Source of the DNA: an uncultured bacterium
GTDB lineage: Bacteria > Bacillota_I > Bacilli_A > RFN20 > CAG-826
NCBI GenBank assembly: GCA_949285455.1
Contig: CASDXP010000003.1
Coordinates: 308-64,307, forward strand
Direction of reading: 5' to 3'
DNA length: 64,000 nt
Shown here: in pieces, positions 11,101 through 22,007 of the stretch
How positions within the stretch are numbered: the stretch's first letter is position 1
Layout of the letters: every line of letters begins with the position of its first letter
The notes under the pieces: model-generated
Databases searched by the model: none
Seen by the model: only the letters and a program-made list of their open reading frames with translations
What the model was told of the DNA's origin: nothing
Made by a program: the position numbers and the translations under genes

Positions 11101-12051
11101 GACACGACGATATAAATCGTTCAAATCAGACGTCGCAAATCTTCCACCATCTAGTTGTAACATTGGACGTAGATCAGGTGGAATGACTGGAACGACATCT
11201 AAGACCATCCATTCAGGCTTATTGCCAGAATGTCTAAAGGCTTCGATAACTTCGAGTCTCTTCTTAAGTTTTTCGAACACTTGATTGTTCTTTTTATTTT
11301 TGTTAGCTTCCTCTCTAATCTTACGACTAACTTCGTTAAATTCAGCGTTTAAATCGACTTCGCTAAGAAGACGTTTGATCGCTTCCGCCCCTTCACCGAA
11401 TTCCGCACCGCGTCCATCTTCATCGACCGTATGTTTAGCGATGAAAGTTGAAATCGTTTGGAAATCGAAAGATTCGTAACGATTTTGCATCTTAGTAATA
11501 TAATTTTCCGCAAGTTCAAAATCGTAAGAATTAGGATCTAGTTTTTCTTTAAATTCTTCGATGACGGAAACGAAGACTTCTCTCGCTGTCCTTTCATCTA
11601 AGAATTGCGCTTTGTATAAAATTTTGGAGTTACCAGGATATAAGCAGATATGCGCTGCAAAATAGACGACTTCTTCAAGATGTTTTGGCGAGACATCTAA
11701 AATCAAGCCGATGCGGCTAGGCACACCTTTCAAATACCAAATATGCGTACATGGACTAGCGAGAGTGATGGAGCCCATACGTTCACGACGAACGTCTTTT
11801 GTCGTAACTAAAACACCACATTTTTCGCAGACCGTACCTGCGAAACGAATCTTTTTATATTTGCCACAATGACATTCATAATCCTTACTTGGACCAAAGA
11901 TTTTTTCGCAGAATAAACCATCTGGTTCTGGTTTTTGGGAACGATAGTTGATCGTTTCTGGCTTCGTCACTTCGCCTTGTGACCAGGAACGAATCGTTTC
12001 CGGCGAGGCAAGTCCCACCTTGATGGCGGCTAAATCATTGACATCGAACAT
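8176..12051 (-). CDS. rpoC: DNA-directed RNA polymerase beta' subunit
   Basis: [12 protein letters not shown] catalytic motif, N-terminal zinc finger, [12 protein letters not shown]. Confidence 0.99.
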   Translation of the reverse strand: MFDVNDLAAIKVGLASPETIRSWSQGEVTKPETINYRSQKPEPDGLFCEKIFGPSKDYECHCGKYKKIRFAGTVCEKCGVLVTTKDVRRERMGSITLASPCTHIWYLKGVPSRIGLILDVSPKHLEEVVYFAAHICLYPGNSKILYKAQFLDERTAREVFVSVIEEFKEKLDPNSYDFELAENYITKMQNRYESFDFQTISTFIAKHTVDEDGRGAEFGEGAEAIKRLLSEVDLNAEFNEVSRKIREEANKNKKNNQVFEKLKKRLEVIEAFRHSGNKPEWMVLDVVPVIPPDLRPMLQLDGGRFATSDLNDLYRRVITRNSRLRRLIEMNAPYVILMNEKRMLQEAVDALIDNGRRNKAVTGTGSRPLKSLSSALKGKQGRFRQNLLGKRVDFSGRSVIAVGPDLKMYQCGLPREMAIQLLRPFIASRLIRDGVCNAHKIADKIIDRRDEKVFEILEEIISSHPVLLNRAPTLHRLGIQAFQPKLVDGRAIRLHPLVCTGFNADFDGDQMAVHVPLGKAAQEEALNLMLASNNILGPKDGKPIVTPSQDMVLGIYYLTLEASKEDFLKKAQKLRNLGDEEEAEKYELYAKEEGKVFASVNEVLHAYQTKAIHLHNRIALLGRSLLKSSFDENENNSYLLTSVGKVIFNQIFPTDFPYLNEPSKENLLENIDKYFVPRGTNIKEEIASRPLVEPFKKSDIGNIINQIFKVYGTSKTSAVLDKIKDYGFQYSTIAGITISIDDIKVLHNKKEIIAEGDEQVNQFEQLYEEGLLTDEERHRKVIEVWEKTGKIIQSELSTQISNDKRNPIFMMKDSGARGSDSNFRQLAGFRGLMSNPKGEAIEIPIKSCFREGLTVSEFFIATHGARKGGADTALKTADSGYLTRRLVDVSQDVIVREVDCGTDHGYIVKDIMDTSRQNVIVPLKDRLVGRFSLRAIADPTTGEVIVPPNTLIEEDMADKVVAAGIKEVEIRSLFGCETKNGVCVHCYGRNLATGKVVEVGEAVGTMAAQSIGEPGTQLTMRTFHEGGVAGSDITQGLPRVQELFEARNPKGKALISEISGTVELKDKDSHAIVTNDKESKTYDIPFGSRLRVRNGDFVKAGGKITEGAISPKELLECAGVVAVENYLIKEVQKVYRAQGIGISDKHIEVIVRQMLRKVAVIEGGDTYMLPGMRVSVEDFTRENERVMKEGKRPAMASPLILRITEAALQTDSFLSAASFQETTRVLTDAAIKAKTDSLHGLKENVITGKLIPAGRGLLNREQESELLKDFDVLKRMDEVKAQYIEAHDRKD

Positions 12052-12074
12052 AATCTAGTTAACCTCCTCTTCTA

Positions 12075-15000
12075 TTAATCAAGTTCACGCTCAGAACGCA
12101 TGGAAAGTTCTTCATCAGGAACGTATTCTTCCTGCACTTCTTCTTCCATAGCTTTTCTTCTCGCGTGTCTTTCTTCTTTTTGGGCTTCACGTGCGATGGC
12201 TTCTAGATTAATTTCTTCACCGTTGTGGTTGAGAAGTTTGACATCCATACCAAGGCCTTGAAGTTCTTTTGTGAGCACTTTGAAGGCTTCAGGAATACCA
12301 GGTTCTGGTAATTCTTTATTCGTGATGATGGCTTCGTAAGCTTTTCTTCTTCCGATACGATCATCAGATTTAATCGTAAGAATTTCTTGTAACGTATGCG
12401 CTGCACCATAAGCTTCGAGTGCCCAAACTTCCATCTCACCAAATCTTTGACCACCATTTTGAGCCTTACCTCCTAATGGTTGTTGCGTGACTAAGGAATA
12501 TGGGCCTGTCGCACGAGCGTGCAACTTATCATCGACCATGTGGACAAGTTTAATCATGTACATGACCCCGACAGAAATTCTTTCGTCGAATCTTTCACCA
12601 GTACGGCCATCGTAAAGTATCGTCTTACCATCTTTAGAAAGATTAGCGTCTTCCATCAACTTGAATATTTCTTCATTAGAAATACCATCGAAGACAGGTG
12701 TCGCAATTCTAAATGGCTTACCATATTTTTCTGAAAGTTTTTTACAAGCCATACCGAGATGAATCTCTAAAATTTGACCGATGTTCATACGGCTTGGAAC
12801 ACCGAGTGGGTTAAGCATGATATCAACTGGGGTACCATCAGGTAAGAATGGCATATCTTCCACTGGTAAAATGCGGGAAATAACACCTTTATTACCATGT
12901 CTACCTGACATCTTATCACCTTCGGAAATCTTACGTTTTTGCGCGATGTAAACACGCACAACTTCGTTGACACCAGCCGGCAATTGGTCTTTATTTTTTC
13001 TCGAGAAAATCTTTACATCTAAGACGATACCAGCACCACCGTGAGGCACTCTTAAAGAAGATTCACGTTGATCGTTAGTCTTATCAGCAAAGATAGCTTG
13101 TAGTAATTTTTCTTCTGGGGTAGGATCTGTCGCACCTTTTGGTGTCGTTTTACCCACTAAGATATCCCCTTCTTTGACTTTAGAACCAGGGATGATGATA
13201 CCTCTTTCATCTAAGAATGCTTTCGCATCTTCGTTGACGTTAGGTAGATCACGAGTGATTCTTTCATCACCAATTTTCGTGCTACGACATTCGATTTCAT
13301 ATTTTTCAATATGGATGGAAGTATAAGCATCATCTTTCACTAATTTTTCGCTCATGATGACAGCGTCTTCATAGTTGTAACCATTCCACATCATGAAGGC
13401 GATAGTGACGTTTTGACCTAAAGCTAAATCGCCATGATCCATCGCTGGACCATCCGCGATAATTTGACCACGTTTAATTTCATCGCCCACTTTGACGACA
13501 GGCACTTGATTGATACAAGTTCCTTGGTTCGAACGATCAAATTTTTGTAACGTGTAAACACGTTGTTCTTTCACTTTTGGTTCTTTAACTTTAATCGTCT
13601 TACAATCGACGTAAGTAACTTTACCATCCCCTGTCGCGACGACAGCAAGACCGGAGTCACGAGCGATGAGATGTTCTAAGCCTGTTCCAACATATGGCGT
13701 ATGCGGGCGAAGTAAAGGTAAAGCTTGACGTTGCATGTTCGCACCCATAAGAGCACGCATCGTATCATCGTTTTCAAGGAAAGGAATACAAGCGGAAGCG
13801 ACCGAAACAATTTGTTTAGGTGAGACGTCGATAAAATCGACATCTTCTCTTCTCGCTACGATATTTTCACCGTTGTGACGAGCGATGACAAGTTCATCTA
13901 AAATTTCATGCGTCACAGGATCTAAATGGACGTTAGCCTGCGCGATGATAGCGTTACGTTCTCTATCCGCCGCTAAGTAGACATTTTCTTCAGTGACGAC
14001 ATGTTTTTTCTTATCGACGCGACGATAAGGCGTTTCGATAAAGCCATATTTATTAACTTTAGCGTAAGTCGCTAAGTTATTAATCAAACCAATATTTTGT
14101 CCTTCTGGCGTTTCAATAGGACAAATTCGACCGTAGTGAGTGTAGTGAACGTCACGCACTTCCATCGAGGCACGGTCACGGGTTAAACCACCTGGACCTA
14201 AAGCAGAAATACGACGCTTATTGGTAAGTTCCGCAAGCGGGTTAGTCTGATCCATGAATTGTGATAATTGGCTCGAAGCGAAGAATTCTCTAATCGCTGC
14301 AGTCAAAGGTCTAATATTAATTAAGGATGCAGGCGTAATCGTGTCTACGTCCGCGATGGACATTCTTTGTTGAACGGCTTTAGCCATCTTCGTTAAGCCG
14401 ATACGAATTTGTTGTTGGATAAGTTCACCGACGCAACGTACACGACGGTTAGATAAGTGATCGATATCATCCGTATCGCCAAAACCTTCGATGACGTTCA
14501 TGAAATAAGAGAACGTCGCATAAATATCGGAAGTTGTCACATGTTTAGTTTCAAGATTTAAATCTGTGCCGACGATGTTGACGACTCTTTTCTTCGTTTC
14601 ATCTACATAAACTTTGACGATGTTGACGATACTATTTTTATCTAAATCAGGATTATTTGGTAAGACGAATTGATGAGCCCCAGTTTCAAAGAAACGTTTA
14701 GCTTTTAATTCATCCACGTCATTTAAAGTCAATAAGTGACCAGCTTTAAAAGCAAGTACACCATCCGCATCCACTAGATTTTCTGCGAGGATTCTTCCAA
14801 CTAGACGATTATAAATACCAAGTTTCTTACTATATTTAAATCGACCTGCATTACCTAAATCGTAACGTTTTTCATCGAAGAATTTTTGGAATAAGAAATT
14901 TTTCACCCCTTCGACAGTGACAGGTTCACCGGGTTTAAGTTTTTGAAAGATTTCGGTGAGGGCTTTAATTTTGGAATCGGTTTGTTTATCTTTAGATAAT

Positions 15001-15659
15001 GTGTTGATAAGCATCGGATGATCACCAAATATTTCGATGATATCTTCTTCCTTTTCCATTCCTAAAGCTTTAAGTAAAATCGTCGCGAACATCTTTCTTT
15101 GACGGTCGATACGAACATTTAAAAGATTTTTGGTATCACTTTCAAATTGTAACCACGTACCACGTGCCGGAATTAAATCCGCTTCGTAACGATAGATACC
15201 AGTCTTCTCTAAATCTTTAGAAAGATAAGCACCTGGGGAGCGTACAATTTGTGAGACGATAACTCTTTCTACACCGGAGATGATAAAAGTACCAGAATCA
15301 GTCATGAGAGGGAATTCACCCATGAAGACTTTTCCTTCCTTATATTCACCAGAGGGAAGAACGAGCCTTAAAGTCACACGTAGAGGTGCGCTATAATTTA
15401 AATCTCTTTCTTTGCATTCAAGAAAATTATACTTCGCTGGTTCAAATTCGTGGGAGACGTATTCCAAACGCATCGATTCCGAATAGTTGTTATAAATCGG
15501 AAAGACATCATTGAATACTTCATCGATTCCTTCATCCATCAAATGTTTATAAGAATCAGTTTGAATTTCCACTAAGTAAGGCAAAGGTAATTTACCAGAA
15601 ATCTTAGAGAAGTCGAGACGATCATTATTTAACAATGGTTTTTCAACTATATTTTTCAT
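12075..15659 (-). CDS. rpoB: DNA-directed RNA polymerase beta subunit
   Basis: [51 protein letters not shown]. Confidence 0.99.
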   Translation of the reverse strand: MKNIVEKPLLNNDRLDFSKISGKLPLPYLVEIQTDSYKHLMDEGIDEVFNDVFPIYNNYSESMRLEYVSHEFEPAKYNFLECKERDLNYSAPLRVTLRLVLPSGEYKEGKVFMGEFPLMTDSGTFIISGVERVIVSQIVRSPGAYLSKDLEKTGIYRYEADLIPARGTWLQFESDTKNLLNVRIDRQRKMFATILLKALGMEKEEDIIEIFGDHPMLINTLSKDKQTDSKIKALTEIFQKLKPGEPVTVEGVKNFLFQKFFDEKRYDLGNAGRFKYSKKLGIYNRLVGRILAENLVDADGVLAFKAGHLLTLNDVDELKAKRFFETGAHQFVLPNNPDLDKNSIVNIVKVYVDETKKRVVNIVGTDLNLETKHVTTSDIYATFSYFMNVIEGFGDTDDIDHLSNRRVRCVGELIQQQIRIGLTKMAKAVQQRMSIADVDTITPASLINIRPLTAAIREFFASSQLSQFMDQTNPLAELTNKRRISALGPGGLTRDRASMEVRDVHYTHYGRICPIETPEGQNIGLINNLATYAKVNKYGFIETPYRRVDKKKHVVTEENVYLAADRERNAIIAQANVHLDPVTHEILDELVIARHNGENIVARREDVDFIDVSPKQIVSVASACIPFLENDDTMRALMGANMQRQALPLLRPHTPYVGTGLEHLIARDSGLAVVATGDGKVTYVDCKTIKVKEPKVKEQRVYTLQKFDRSNQGTCINQVPVVKVGDEIKRGQIIADGPAMDHGDLALGQNVTIAFMMWNGYNYEDAVIMSEKLVKDDAYTSIHIEKYEIECRSTKIGDERITRDLPNVNEDAKAFLDERGIIIPGSKVKEGDILVGKTTPKGATDPTPEEKLLQAIFADKTNDQRESSLRVPHGGAGIVLDVKIFSRKNKDQLPAGVNEVVRVYIAQKRKISEGDKMSGRHGNKGVISRILPVEDMPFLPDGTPVDIMLNPLGVPSRMNIGQILEIHLGMACKKLSEKYGKPFRIATPVFDGISNEEIFKLMEDANLSKDGKTILYDGRTGERFDERISVGVMYMIKLVHMVDDKLHARATGPYSLVTQQPLGGKAQNGGQRFGEMEVWALEAYGAAHTLQEILTIKSDDRIGRRKAYEAIITNKELPEPGIPEAFKVLTKELQGLGMDVKLLNHNGEEINLEAIAREAQKEERHARRKAMEEEVQEEYVPDEELSMRSERELD

Positions 15660-15783
15660 GTAATGGCTCCTTTACTTATGAAGTTGCGCAATTTATTTTA
15701 ATGTGACTGCGCCAGCCAACAATGATGGGTTAATTTATGTTCACACTATTACATAGTGTAACTAGCAAATTTAAAATGGAAAC

Positions 15784-15820
15784 GCTCTTCTAAGAAGGCA
15801 ATATTACCCCTTAGAAGAGC
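15784..15820 (-). terminator. Hairpin (terminator or attenuator) between rplL and rpoB
   Basis: 11-bp perfect stem GCTCTTCTAAG/CTTAGAAGAGC followed by an imperfect T-rich tail on the minus strand. Confidence 0.5.
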
Positions 15821-15842
15821 TTTTGAAATAATAAATTTATGC

Positions 15843-16223
15843 TTATTTAATTTCGACTTCTGCGCCAGCTTCGACGAGAGCTTTCTTATGTTCTTCAGCT
15901 TCGACTGGAGAAATCTTTTCTTTGATGACTGCTGGAACAGCATCCACTAATTTCTTCGCATCCATTAAGCCTAAGCCAGTGATAGCTTGAACAGCTTTGA
16001 TGACAGCCACTTTGCTTTGTCCAGGTTTGACTAAGGTTAAAGTGACTTCGGTTGGTCCTTGTGCTGGGCCTTCTTCTTCTTCGTGTGCAACAGCGACACC
16101 AGCGACTGGAGCAGCTGCGGTCACGCCGAATGTTTCTTCACATAATTTGACAAGATCATTAAGTTCGACAACCGTCATTTCCTTCAAGGATTCAACGATT
16201 TCTTCTTTGGTTAATTTAGCCAT
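15843..16223 (-). CDS. rplL: 50S ribosomal protein L7/L12
   Basis: MTVVELNDLVK...FGVTAAAP and KVAVIKAVQAITGLGLMDAKKLVD. Confidence 0.98.
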   Translation of the reverse strand: MAKLTKEEIVESLKEMTVVELNDLVKLCEETFGVTAAAPVAGVAVAHEEEEGPAQGPTEVTLTLVKPGQSKVAVIKAVQAITGLGLMDAKKLVDAVPAVIKEKISPVEAEEHKKALVEAGAEVEIK

Positions 16224-16255
16224 AAATATTTTTCCTCCTAAATTCAGCTAATTGA

Positions 16256-16741
16256 TTATTGTTTTTCCGCAATTGCTTTAACAGTACACGCAAATTGACG
16301 GACTGGTGCTTGAAGCACGGAAAGGAACATCGAGATGAGACCTTCGCGGCCTGGAATCTTAGAGAGTTCCTTTAATTTGGCAGCATCGACTTTTTGGCCT
16401 TCGACGACACCACCTTTAACGACGAGTTTGGGATTACGACGTGAATATTTCATGATGACTTTCGCCCCACTTGTCACTTCGTCTAGGAAGACGTAAGCAT
16501 TTGGGCCAGTGAGCCATTCATCAAAATCAGTGTATCCTAAGTTAGCCATCGCTCTTTCGACGAGCGAGTTTTTGAAGACGACCATAGAAGCATTTTCTTT
16601 CTTAAGCTGCTTTCTAAGGTCAGAAATCTCAGAGACTGATAAACCACGATATTCGACGATCGTCATCGCTTGGTGGGATTTAACATCTTCGGCAATCTTT
16701 GAGACGAGCTCTTCTTTAGCTTTCAATATGTTTTGATTCAT
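16256..16741 (-). CDS. rplJ: 50S ribosomal protein L10
   Basis: EYRGLSVSEISDLRK, KNSLVERA, LTGPNA. Lies between rplA and rplL. Confidence 0.97.
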   Translation of the reverse strand: MNQNILKAKEELVSKIAEDVKSHQAMTIVEYRGLSVSEISDLRKQLKKENASMVVFKNSLVERAMANLGYTDFDEWLTGPNAYVFLDEVTSGAKVIMKYSRRNPKLVVKGGVVEGQKVDAAKLKELSKIPGREGLISMFLSVLQAPVRQFACTVKAIAEKQ

Positions 16742-16764
16742 CGTTAAGTGTTCACCTCCTTCTT

Positions 16765-16905
16765 TAAATTTTTATATGAGGCTTTCAATATACTTCTTTT
16801 AGTGGTCAATCTCACGTAGTGAGATGAATGTCTTACATTCTTTTCCTACGCAACATGATTAAGCATTTTTGCCGTTGCGGTCTAAGGTATATTGAATGCT
16901 CGCCA
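16765..16905 (-). ncRNA. L10 leader (autogenous L10/L12 regulatory RNA)
   Basis: Minus strand CCTTAGACCGCAAC...GCTTAA...GTTGCGTAGG resembles the Firmicute L10-leader core (CCxAAGAC..stem..TTAA..stem..AGG). It lies directly upstream of rplJ. Boundaries are approximate. Confidence 0.65.
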
Positions 16906-16925
16906 ACAATGGAATATTAGGTCGA

Positions 16926-17609
16926 TTATTTCGCATTAACGAGTAATGGAATAGAAGGACCCATAGTCGTATGAACGACGCAAGTTAAGACGTAAGTACC
17001 TTTGACAGCACTAGGTCTGATACGAAGAATATGATCGACGACAGCACGCATGTTATCGACAAGTTTTGTTTCTTCGAATGAAACACGACCGACGGAGACA
17101 TGCATATTACCATCACGGTCATTACGATATTGCACCTTACCAGCTTTAATTTCGCTAACCGCCTTAGCAATATCTTGGGTAACCGTACCAGTCTTGGGGT
17201 TTGGCATCAAACCTTTCGGACCTAAGATACGACCAAGTTTACCAAGTTCGCCCATCATATCTGGGGTAGCGACGATGACATCGTAATCGAACCAGTTTTC
17301 TTTTTGGATTTTTTCGAGCATTTCTTTGCCCCCAGCGAAATCAGCACCTGCTTCTTTAGCTTCATCCACTTTGTGCGTGATAGCTAAGACGCGGACAACT
17401 TTACCGTTACCGTGGGGTAAATTAATCGTCCCACGAAGTTGTTGATCAGCTTGCTTCGGGTCGATGTTAAGATGGAAGGACATATCGACAGTTGCATCAA
17501 ATTTCGTCGTCGAAGTTTCCTTCACTAATTTAGCAGCTTCATTAAGGGTGTAAAGTTTACCCTTTTCGACAAGTTCGGCTGCCTTGACGTATTTCTTTCC
17601 TTTTTTCAT
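16926..17609 (-). CDS. rplA: 50S ribosomal protein L1
   Basis: [34 protein letters not shown]. Confidence 0.99.
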   Translation of the reverse strand: MKKGKKYVKAAELVEKGKLYTLNEAAKLVKETSTTKFDATVDMSFHLNIDPKQADQQLRGTINLPHGNGKVVRVLAITHKVDEAKEAGADFAGGKEMLEKIQKENWFDYDVIVATPDMMGELGKLGRILGPKGLMPNPKTGTVTQDIAKAVSEIKAGKVQYRNDRDGNMHVSVGRVSFEETKLVDNMRAVVDHILRIRPSAVKGTYVLTCVVHTTMGPSIPLLVNAK

Positions 17610-17620
17610 AAATTCCTCCA

Positions 17621-17651
17621 GTGGTCCAATCGAGCGGAACTACTCTCCCAC
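17621..17651 (-). promoter_or_regulatory. Putative L1-binding RNA element upstream of rplA
   Basis: Minus strand GTGGGAG...ACCAC stem just before the rplA SD, like Firmicute L1 mRNA target sites. Confidence 0.55.
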
Positions 17652-18065
17652 TTAATCATCCACGACGATACCCATATTGCGGGCGGAGCCTTCGATGATG
17701 CGCATCGCTGCTTCAATATCGTCGCAGTTGAGATCGACAAGTTTGTACTCAGCAATCTTCTTCAATTGTTCACGGCTAATATGACCAACTTTGGTCGTCT
17801 TAGGGTTAGCCGAACCCTTTTCGATACCAGCAGCCTTAAGTAATAGACCCGCTACTGGGGATGTCTTGATGACGAAATCGAATGACTTGTCTTCGTAAGC
17901 AGTGATGATGACAGGTACAATTTCACCACGACGATCAGCCGTCTTAGCGTTGAAATCAGTACAAAACTTTGGCATCACGATACCAGCTGAAGCAAGTTTT
18001 GGTCCCGGTTTAGCGTTCCCGCCTTCGAGTTCCATCTTCACGACTTTTGCGATTTTCTTTGCCAC
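17652..18065 (-). CDS. rplK: 50S ribosomal protein L11
   Basis: GTG start after an AGGAGG SD. FCTDFNAKT, IPV-like IVPVIITAYEDKSFDF, GSARNMGI. Confidence 0.98.
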   Translation of the reverse strand: MAKKIAKVVKMELEGGNAKPGPKLASAGIVMPKFCTDFNAKTADRRGEIVPVIITAYEDKSFDFVIKTSPVAGLLLKAAGIEKGSANPKTTKVGHISREQLKKIAEYKLVDLNCDDIEAAMRIIEGSARNMGIVVDD

Positions 18066-18097
18066 GTGACTTACCTCCTAAAGTAATTTTTGTGTGG

Positions 18098-18137
18098 TTG
18101 TGGTATAATCTTGGATACTCGCTATATCCTCCCACAA
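18098..18137 (-). promoter_or_regulatory. Putative L1-binding RNA element upstream of rplK
   Basis: Minus strand TTGTGGGAGGATA...TATACCACAA stem in the rplK leader. Confidence 0.55.
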
Positions 18138-18180
18138 ACATATGTGCTTATACATGTATGTGAATAAACACGCTTTGCAC

Positions 18181-18209
18181 ATTATATATAAATAGGCGTA
18201 ATAACGCAA
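18181..18209 (-). promoter_or_regulatory. Sigma-A promoter of rplK (TTGCGT-17-TATAAT)
   Basis: Hexamers read on the minus strand with 17-bp spacing. Confidence 0.55.
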
Positions 18210-18449
18210 AGAATTTTTTTATGAAAAAGAACTAGGAACTTTATTTCTTATATGTGAAACAGTAACACTTTTTTTAAAATTATTTTACCCTTTTATCACT
18301 TAAAAATAATGGATAATGTTGGAAAATGGACTTTCAAAAAGCACAATTTTGCCGTAAAAACGTCATGTTTTTTAAAAGGATTTAAAAATTAAAATTTTAA
18401 AGTGAAACTAACAACAAAAAAATTTTTTTAAAAATATATGAATTTAAAT

Positions 18450-18474
18450 AAAAACCGTTAGGATCTCTAACGGC
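18450..18474 (-). terminator. Intrinsic terminator after the P1B ATPase
   Basis: CCGTTAG/CTAACGG stem followed by TTTTT on the minus strand. Confidence 0.7.
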
Positions 18475-18480
18475 TCTTCT

Positions 18481-20610
18481 TCATAAAACTACTTCTTTTT
18501 TCTTATGAATTTTCTTCTTGATAAGTAAGACACTATAAATAATTAAGACGACAGCAAGACCTGAATCTGCTAAAACTGCTACCCACATCGGCACTAGACT
18601 TAGCAAAGATAAAATCATGATGATGACCTTAACAAGTAACGCTACGCTGATATCGACGATAGCTCTAAGTCTCGTCGCCCTAGCGACTTTGATTGCATCA
18701 TTAACGCGTTCTGGGGAATCATCCATGATGACGACATCTGCGTTTTCCACAGTCACATCACTTCCTAAGCCACCCATCGCAATACCGACATTCGCCCTAG
18801 CAATACATGGTGCGTCATTGACCCCATCGCCCATGAAGCCGATGACACGTTTCGGATTATCTTTTATATCATTTTCTAAGATATTCAATTTATCATTTGG
18901 TAATAATTCTGCATGATATTCATAGATACCAAGTTCTTTAGAAACGCGTTCCGCACTCCCTTTTAAATCACCTGTGAGCATGATGCCTTTAACGTAATTA
19001 TTTTTTAAATTTGTCACGAAATCATATGCATCATTTTTAATCTTATCATCTAAGATGAGATAACCTTTATATTCTTTATTAATAGCTACATAAATTAAAG
19101 TGCTATACGTTTCGATTAATGGCACGTTCACGCTTTCTTTTTCCATAAGTTTTTTCGAGCCAATTAATACTTCATTTTTCTTATAATTTGCCTTTAAACC
19201 ATAACCTGGAATGTCTTCGCTTTTACCTTTAAAATCGCTCTCCACTTTCAAATCAAGAGAATCCACTATCGCTTTACCGATCGGATGGTTCGATCTTTTT
19301 TCGACACGATAAATCATCTCTAAAAATTCTTTTTCATTCATCTCCACTGCTTCGTAACGTACAAGTGAGAATTTTCCTTGTGTAATCGTACCAGTCTTAT
19401 CAAAATACAATCTTTCCATCGAATTCAAAGCATCTAAATAATTCCCACCTTTGATGATGATACCGTTTTTAGAAGCTAAACCGATGCCGGTAAAATAAGA
19501 CAAAGGAATGGAGATGACAATTGCGCAAGGACAAGAAATAACTAAGAAATTTAAGGCATTATAAATCCATTGTAGCCAATCACCAGTCGCAGATCCACCG
19601 ACGATTAAAACGAAGACAGCTAAGAAAGCTACACACGGAGTGTACCATTTTGCGAACTTAGAAATAAAACTTTCAGTTTTAGACTTATTTTCTTGCGAAT
19701 TAGAAACGAGTTCAATCACTTTGGCAATCGTCGAATCTTCGTAAGCTTTATTAACTTTGACACGCAATTCTCCGCTTTCTAAAATGTATCCGCTTAACGC
19801 CTTCGAACCTTTCTTTAATAAAATTGGATAAGATTCACCTGTTAAAGAGGAAGTGTTAACTCTTCCTTCCCCTTCTTCTACTTCTCCATCACACGCGATG
19901 GTTTCGCCTACTTTAATTAAGATGATGTCACCAACTTTGACATCCTCCGCGCGTAAAGTCACTAATTTATTATTTCTTAAGACAGTCGCGGTTTTGGCTC
20001 TTAAATCCGTCGCATCGACGATCGCGTTCTTTGAACGATGTAAAGAGATATGTTCGAATAATTCGCCAATTTGGGAAAGGATCATCACTAAACAGCCTTC
20101 AAAATATTCTTGGATTGCAAACGCCCCAATCGAAGCGATAGACATAAGCAAAGCTTCATCGAAGAAATTTTCTTTGTGAATAATATTTTCTACTATTTCC
20201 CATAAGACATCGTAACTGATAATAAACCAGCCGATGACGTAAGTGATGATCGGGATAAAATATAAATCTGTACTTTCATAAGTTGGGGTAAGCCAAAACA
20301 TCGAAAGAAGTAAAATCGATAAAGAAACGATAATACGAGATATTAGAAATATCTCACTTTTACCAATGACTTTTTCTTTCTTCGATTCTTTCGAAGATAA
20401 ATATTCAATTGAACAATCTTTCCCTAAATTTTTTTTAACGTATTTATTTAACTTATTTAAATTCGATAACTTACCTTCGTAAGATAATTTAAGATGTTTC
20501 GTCTCTTCATCATAATGCGCGTCCGCGACTTTATCTAATTTTAAGAAAGTAGATTCAATCTCTCTAACGTTTATATTATCTACGCCACGCAAAATAAATA
20601 TCTCTTCCAT
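18481..20610 (-). CDS. cadA: Heavy-metal translocating P1B-type ATPase (Zn/Cd/Pb, CadA/ZntA-like)
   Basis: TGES, ISCPCAIVIS, FDKTGT, HP, TGD and GDGVNDAP motifs. Lys in the penultimate TM and ADSG in the last TM fit the P1B-2 subclass. Confidence 0.85.
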   Translation of the reverse strand: MEEIFILRGVDNINVREIESTFLKLDKVADAHYDEETKHLKLSYEGKLSNLNKLNKYVKKNLGKDCSIEYLSSKESKKEKVIGKSEIFLISRIIVSLSILLLSMFWLTPTYESTDLYFIPIITYVIGWFIISYDVLWEIVENIIHKENFFDEALLMSIASIGAFAIQEYFEGCLVMILSQIGELFEHISLHRSKNAIVDATDLRAKTATVLRNNKLVTLRAEDVKVGDIILIKVGETIACDGEVEEGEGRVNTSSLTGESYPILLKKGSKALSGYILESGELRVKVNKAYEDSTIAKVIELVSNSQENKSKTESFISKFAKWYTPCVAFLAVFVLIVGGSATGDWLQWIYNALNFLVISCPCAIVISIPLSYFTGIGLASKNGIIIKGGNYLDALNSMERLYFDKTGTITQGKFSLVRYEAVEMNEKEFLEMIYRVEKRSNHPIGKAIVDSLDLKVESDFKGKSEDIPGYGLKANYKKNEVLIGSKKLMEKESVNVPLIETYSTLIYVAINKEYKGYLILDDKIKNDAYDFVTNLKNNYVKGIMLTGDLKGSAERVSKELGIYEYHAELLPNDKLNILENDIKDNPKRVIGFMGDGVNDAPCIARANVGIAMGGLGSDVTVENADVVIMDDSPERVNDAIKVARATRLRAIVDISVALLVKVIIMILSLLSLVPMWVAVLADSGLAVVLIIYSVLLIKKKIHKKKEVVL

Positions 20611-20614
20611 ACAT

Positions 20615-20932
20615 TTATTCCTCGTTGTTCGATTTCTTTTCCATCACGTGTTCATAAACGACTTCAAATAGTTTATTGATATGTTCGTCGTTTAAACGAT
20701 AATAGACGCGCGTCTTATCCTTACGGACGCTGACGAGCCGATGATTTCTTAACACTTGCAGTTGATGAGACACTAAGGACTGAGATGCCCCTACTATTTC
20801 AATTAATTCGCCGACATTTTTTTCGCCGCTTAAAAGAGCGTGTAAAATTTTTAAACGAGTGAAATCGGAAGCAACATTCAATAGTTGTTCCATCTCTTCA
20901 ATCGCTTCATCATCGATAATTTGAGCAATCAT
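20615..20932 (-). CDS. ArsR/SmtB family metal-sensing repressor (CzrA/SmtB alpha5 type)
   Basis: DFTRLKIL, SQSLVSHQLQVLR and alpha5 motif DEHx10HxxE (DEHINKLFEVVYEHVME). Start set at ATG 20932 after a GAGGTG SD. Confidence 0.9.
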   Translation of the reverse strand: MIAQIIDDEAIEEMEQLLNVASDFTRLKILHALLSGEKNVGELIEIVGASQSLVSHQLQVLRNHRLVSVRKDKTRVYYRLNDEHINKLFEVVYEHVMEKKSNNEE

Positions 20933-20950
20933 AATTTTCACCTCGACAAT

Positions 20951-21003
20951 ATTATATGAACGTATATTCATATTTGTCAACATAAAAATGAATGATTATT
21001 CAT
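20951..21003 (-). promoter_or_regulatory. Promoter (TTGACA-18-TATAAT) with ArsR/SmtB-type operator palindromes
   Basis: Inverted repeat ATATGAA-6-TTCATAT at 20954-20973 fills the spacer and overlaps the -10. A second ATGAAT-4-ATTCAT lies at 20988-21003. Confidence 0.75.
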
Positions 21004-21021
21004 ATTCAATATTAAAGTAAG

Positions 21022-21052
21022 AAAAAACCTTTAGGTTTATCTTTCCTAAAGG
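21022..21052 (-). terminator. Intrinsic terminator after nusG
   Basis: CCTTTAGG/CCTAAAGG stem followed by T6 on the minus strand. Confidence 0.7.
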
Positions 21053-21062
21053 CCTTCATTTT

Positions 21063-21623
21063 TTAAATTTTTTCAATTTCTGAGAAATCGACATCGACTG
21101 GTGTCACACGACCGAAGAAGATTGTTTCCACTCTCACTTGGCCTGTCTCACGATCGATGCTCGTAATCTTACCTTCCGTACCTTCTAAGGCGCCATGGAT
21201 TACTTTCACATTATCACCGACATTGTAACGATCATACATCGCACTATCGACCATACCCATACGTTTAAGTACTGGTTCAATTTGTTCAGGTGGAACTGGG
21301 AATGGTTTTGCGCCGCCACCAGATGAACCGACAAAGCCCGTCACTCCAGGAGTGTTTCTTACCATGTACCACGCTTCATCTGTCATGATCATTTCGATGA
21401 AGACGTAACAAGGATATAAATTTTTCTTTTTCATTTGGTCAGTCGGAACACCATCTTTTAAGACAGGTTCTTCTTGCGTCGCAACGATGATACGATAGAT
21501 GAATGGTTGAAGGTTAAATGATTCTCTTCTTTTCTCTAACGCATCCGCGACTTTTTCTTCGTTTCCGCTATAGGTAGAAACGACGTACCACGCCTTCTCA
21601 CCTAATTTCTTTTCTTCTTCCAT
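21063..21623 (-). CDS. nusG: Transcription termination/antitermination factor NusG
   Basis: WYVVSTYSG, VRNTPGVTGFVG, KOW domain, FFGRVTPV. Confidence 0.98.
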   Translation of the reverse strand: MEEEKKLGEKAWYVVSTYSGNEEKVADALEKRRESFNLQPFIYRIIVATQEEPVLKDGVPTDQMKKKNLYPCYVFIEMIMTDEAWYMVRNTPGVTGFVGSSGGGAKPFPVPPEQIEPVLKRMGMVDSAMYDRYNVGDNVKVIHGALEGTEGKITSIDRETGQVRVETIFFGRVTPVDVDFSEIEKI

Positions 21624-21627
21624 CAAA

Positions 21628-21828
21628 TTAACCTCCTATGCTTGAAAAAGCATTGTGAAGTTGTTGGATGAGAGTGCCGGAAGCTAAATCTTCAAGCATC
21701 AAGAATAAGGCGGTGAAAATAGCGATGAGAAGTACGACACCAAGAGCAGGTAATAATTGTTCGCGGTTTGGCCAACGTACTCTCGCACCTTCTCTTACGA
21801 CTTCCTTGAAATATTTTCTAATACCCAT
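21628..21828 (-). CDS. secE: Preprotein translocase subunit SecE
   Basis: RVRWPNREQL motif plus a single TM, located between rpmG and nusG. Confidence 0.9.
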   Translation of the reverse strand: MGIRKYFKEVVREGARVRWPNREQLLPALGVVLLIAIFTALFLMLEDLASGTLIQQLHNAFSSIGG

Positions 21829-21839
21829 ATTTCTCACTC

Positions 21840-21986
21840 CTATCGACTTTCTTTATGTATCGTCATCTTATTACAATGAGAACAATACTTTTTTAACGTG
21901 AGTCTATCTTTTACATTTTGGGATTTGTGAACGGAGTAATTTCTGCTACCGCATTCTTCACAGATCATCATCACTTTTCCACGCAT
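21840..21986 (-). CDS. rpmG: 50S ribosomal protein L33 (Zn-binding form)
   Basis: MRGKVMMICEECGSRNY...LKKYCSHCNKMTIHKESR. Confidence 0.95.
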   Translation of the reverse strand: MRGKVMMICEECGSRNYSVHKSQNVKDRLTLKKYCSHCNKMTIHKESR

Positions 21987-22007
21987 ATAAAATGTACTCG
22001 CTACAAG

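Noticed and set aside
18210-18450. AT-rich gap as a replication origin
   Set aside because: No convincing TTATCCACA DnaA boxes and no dnaA/dnaN nearby.
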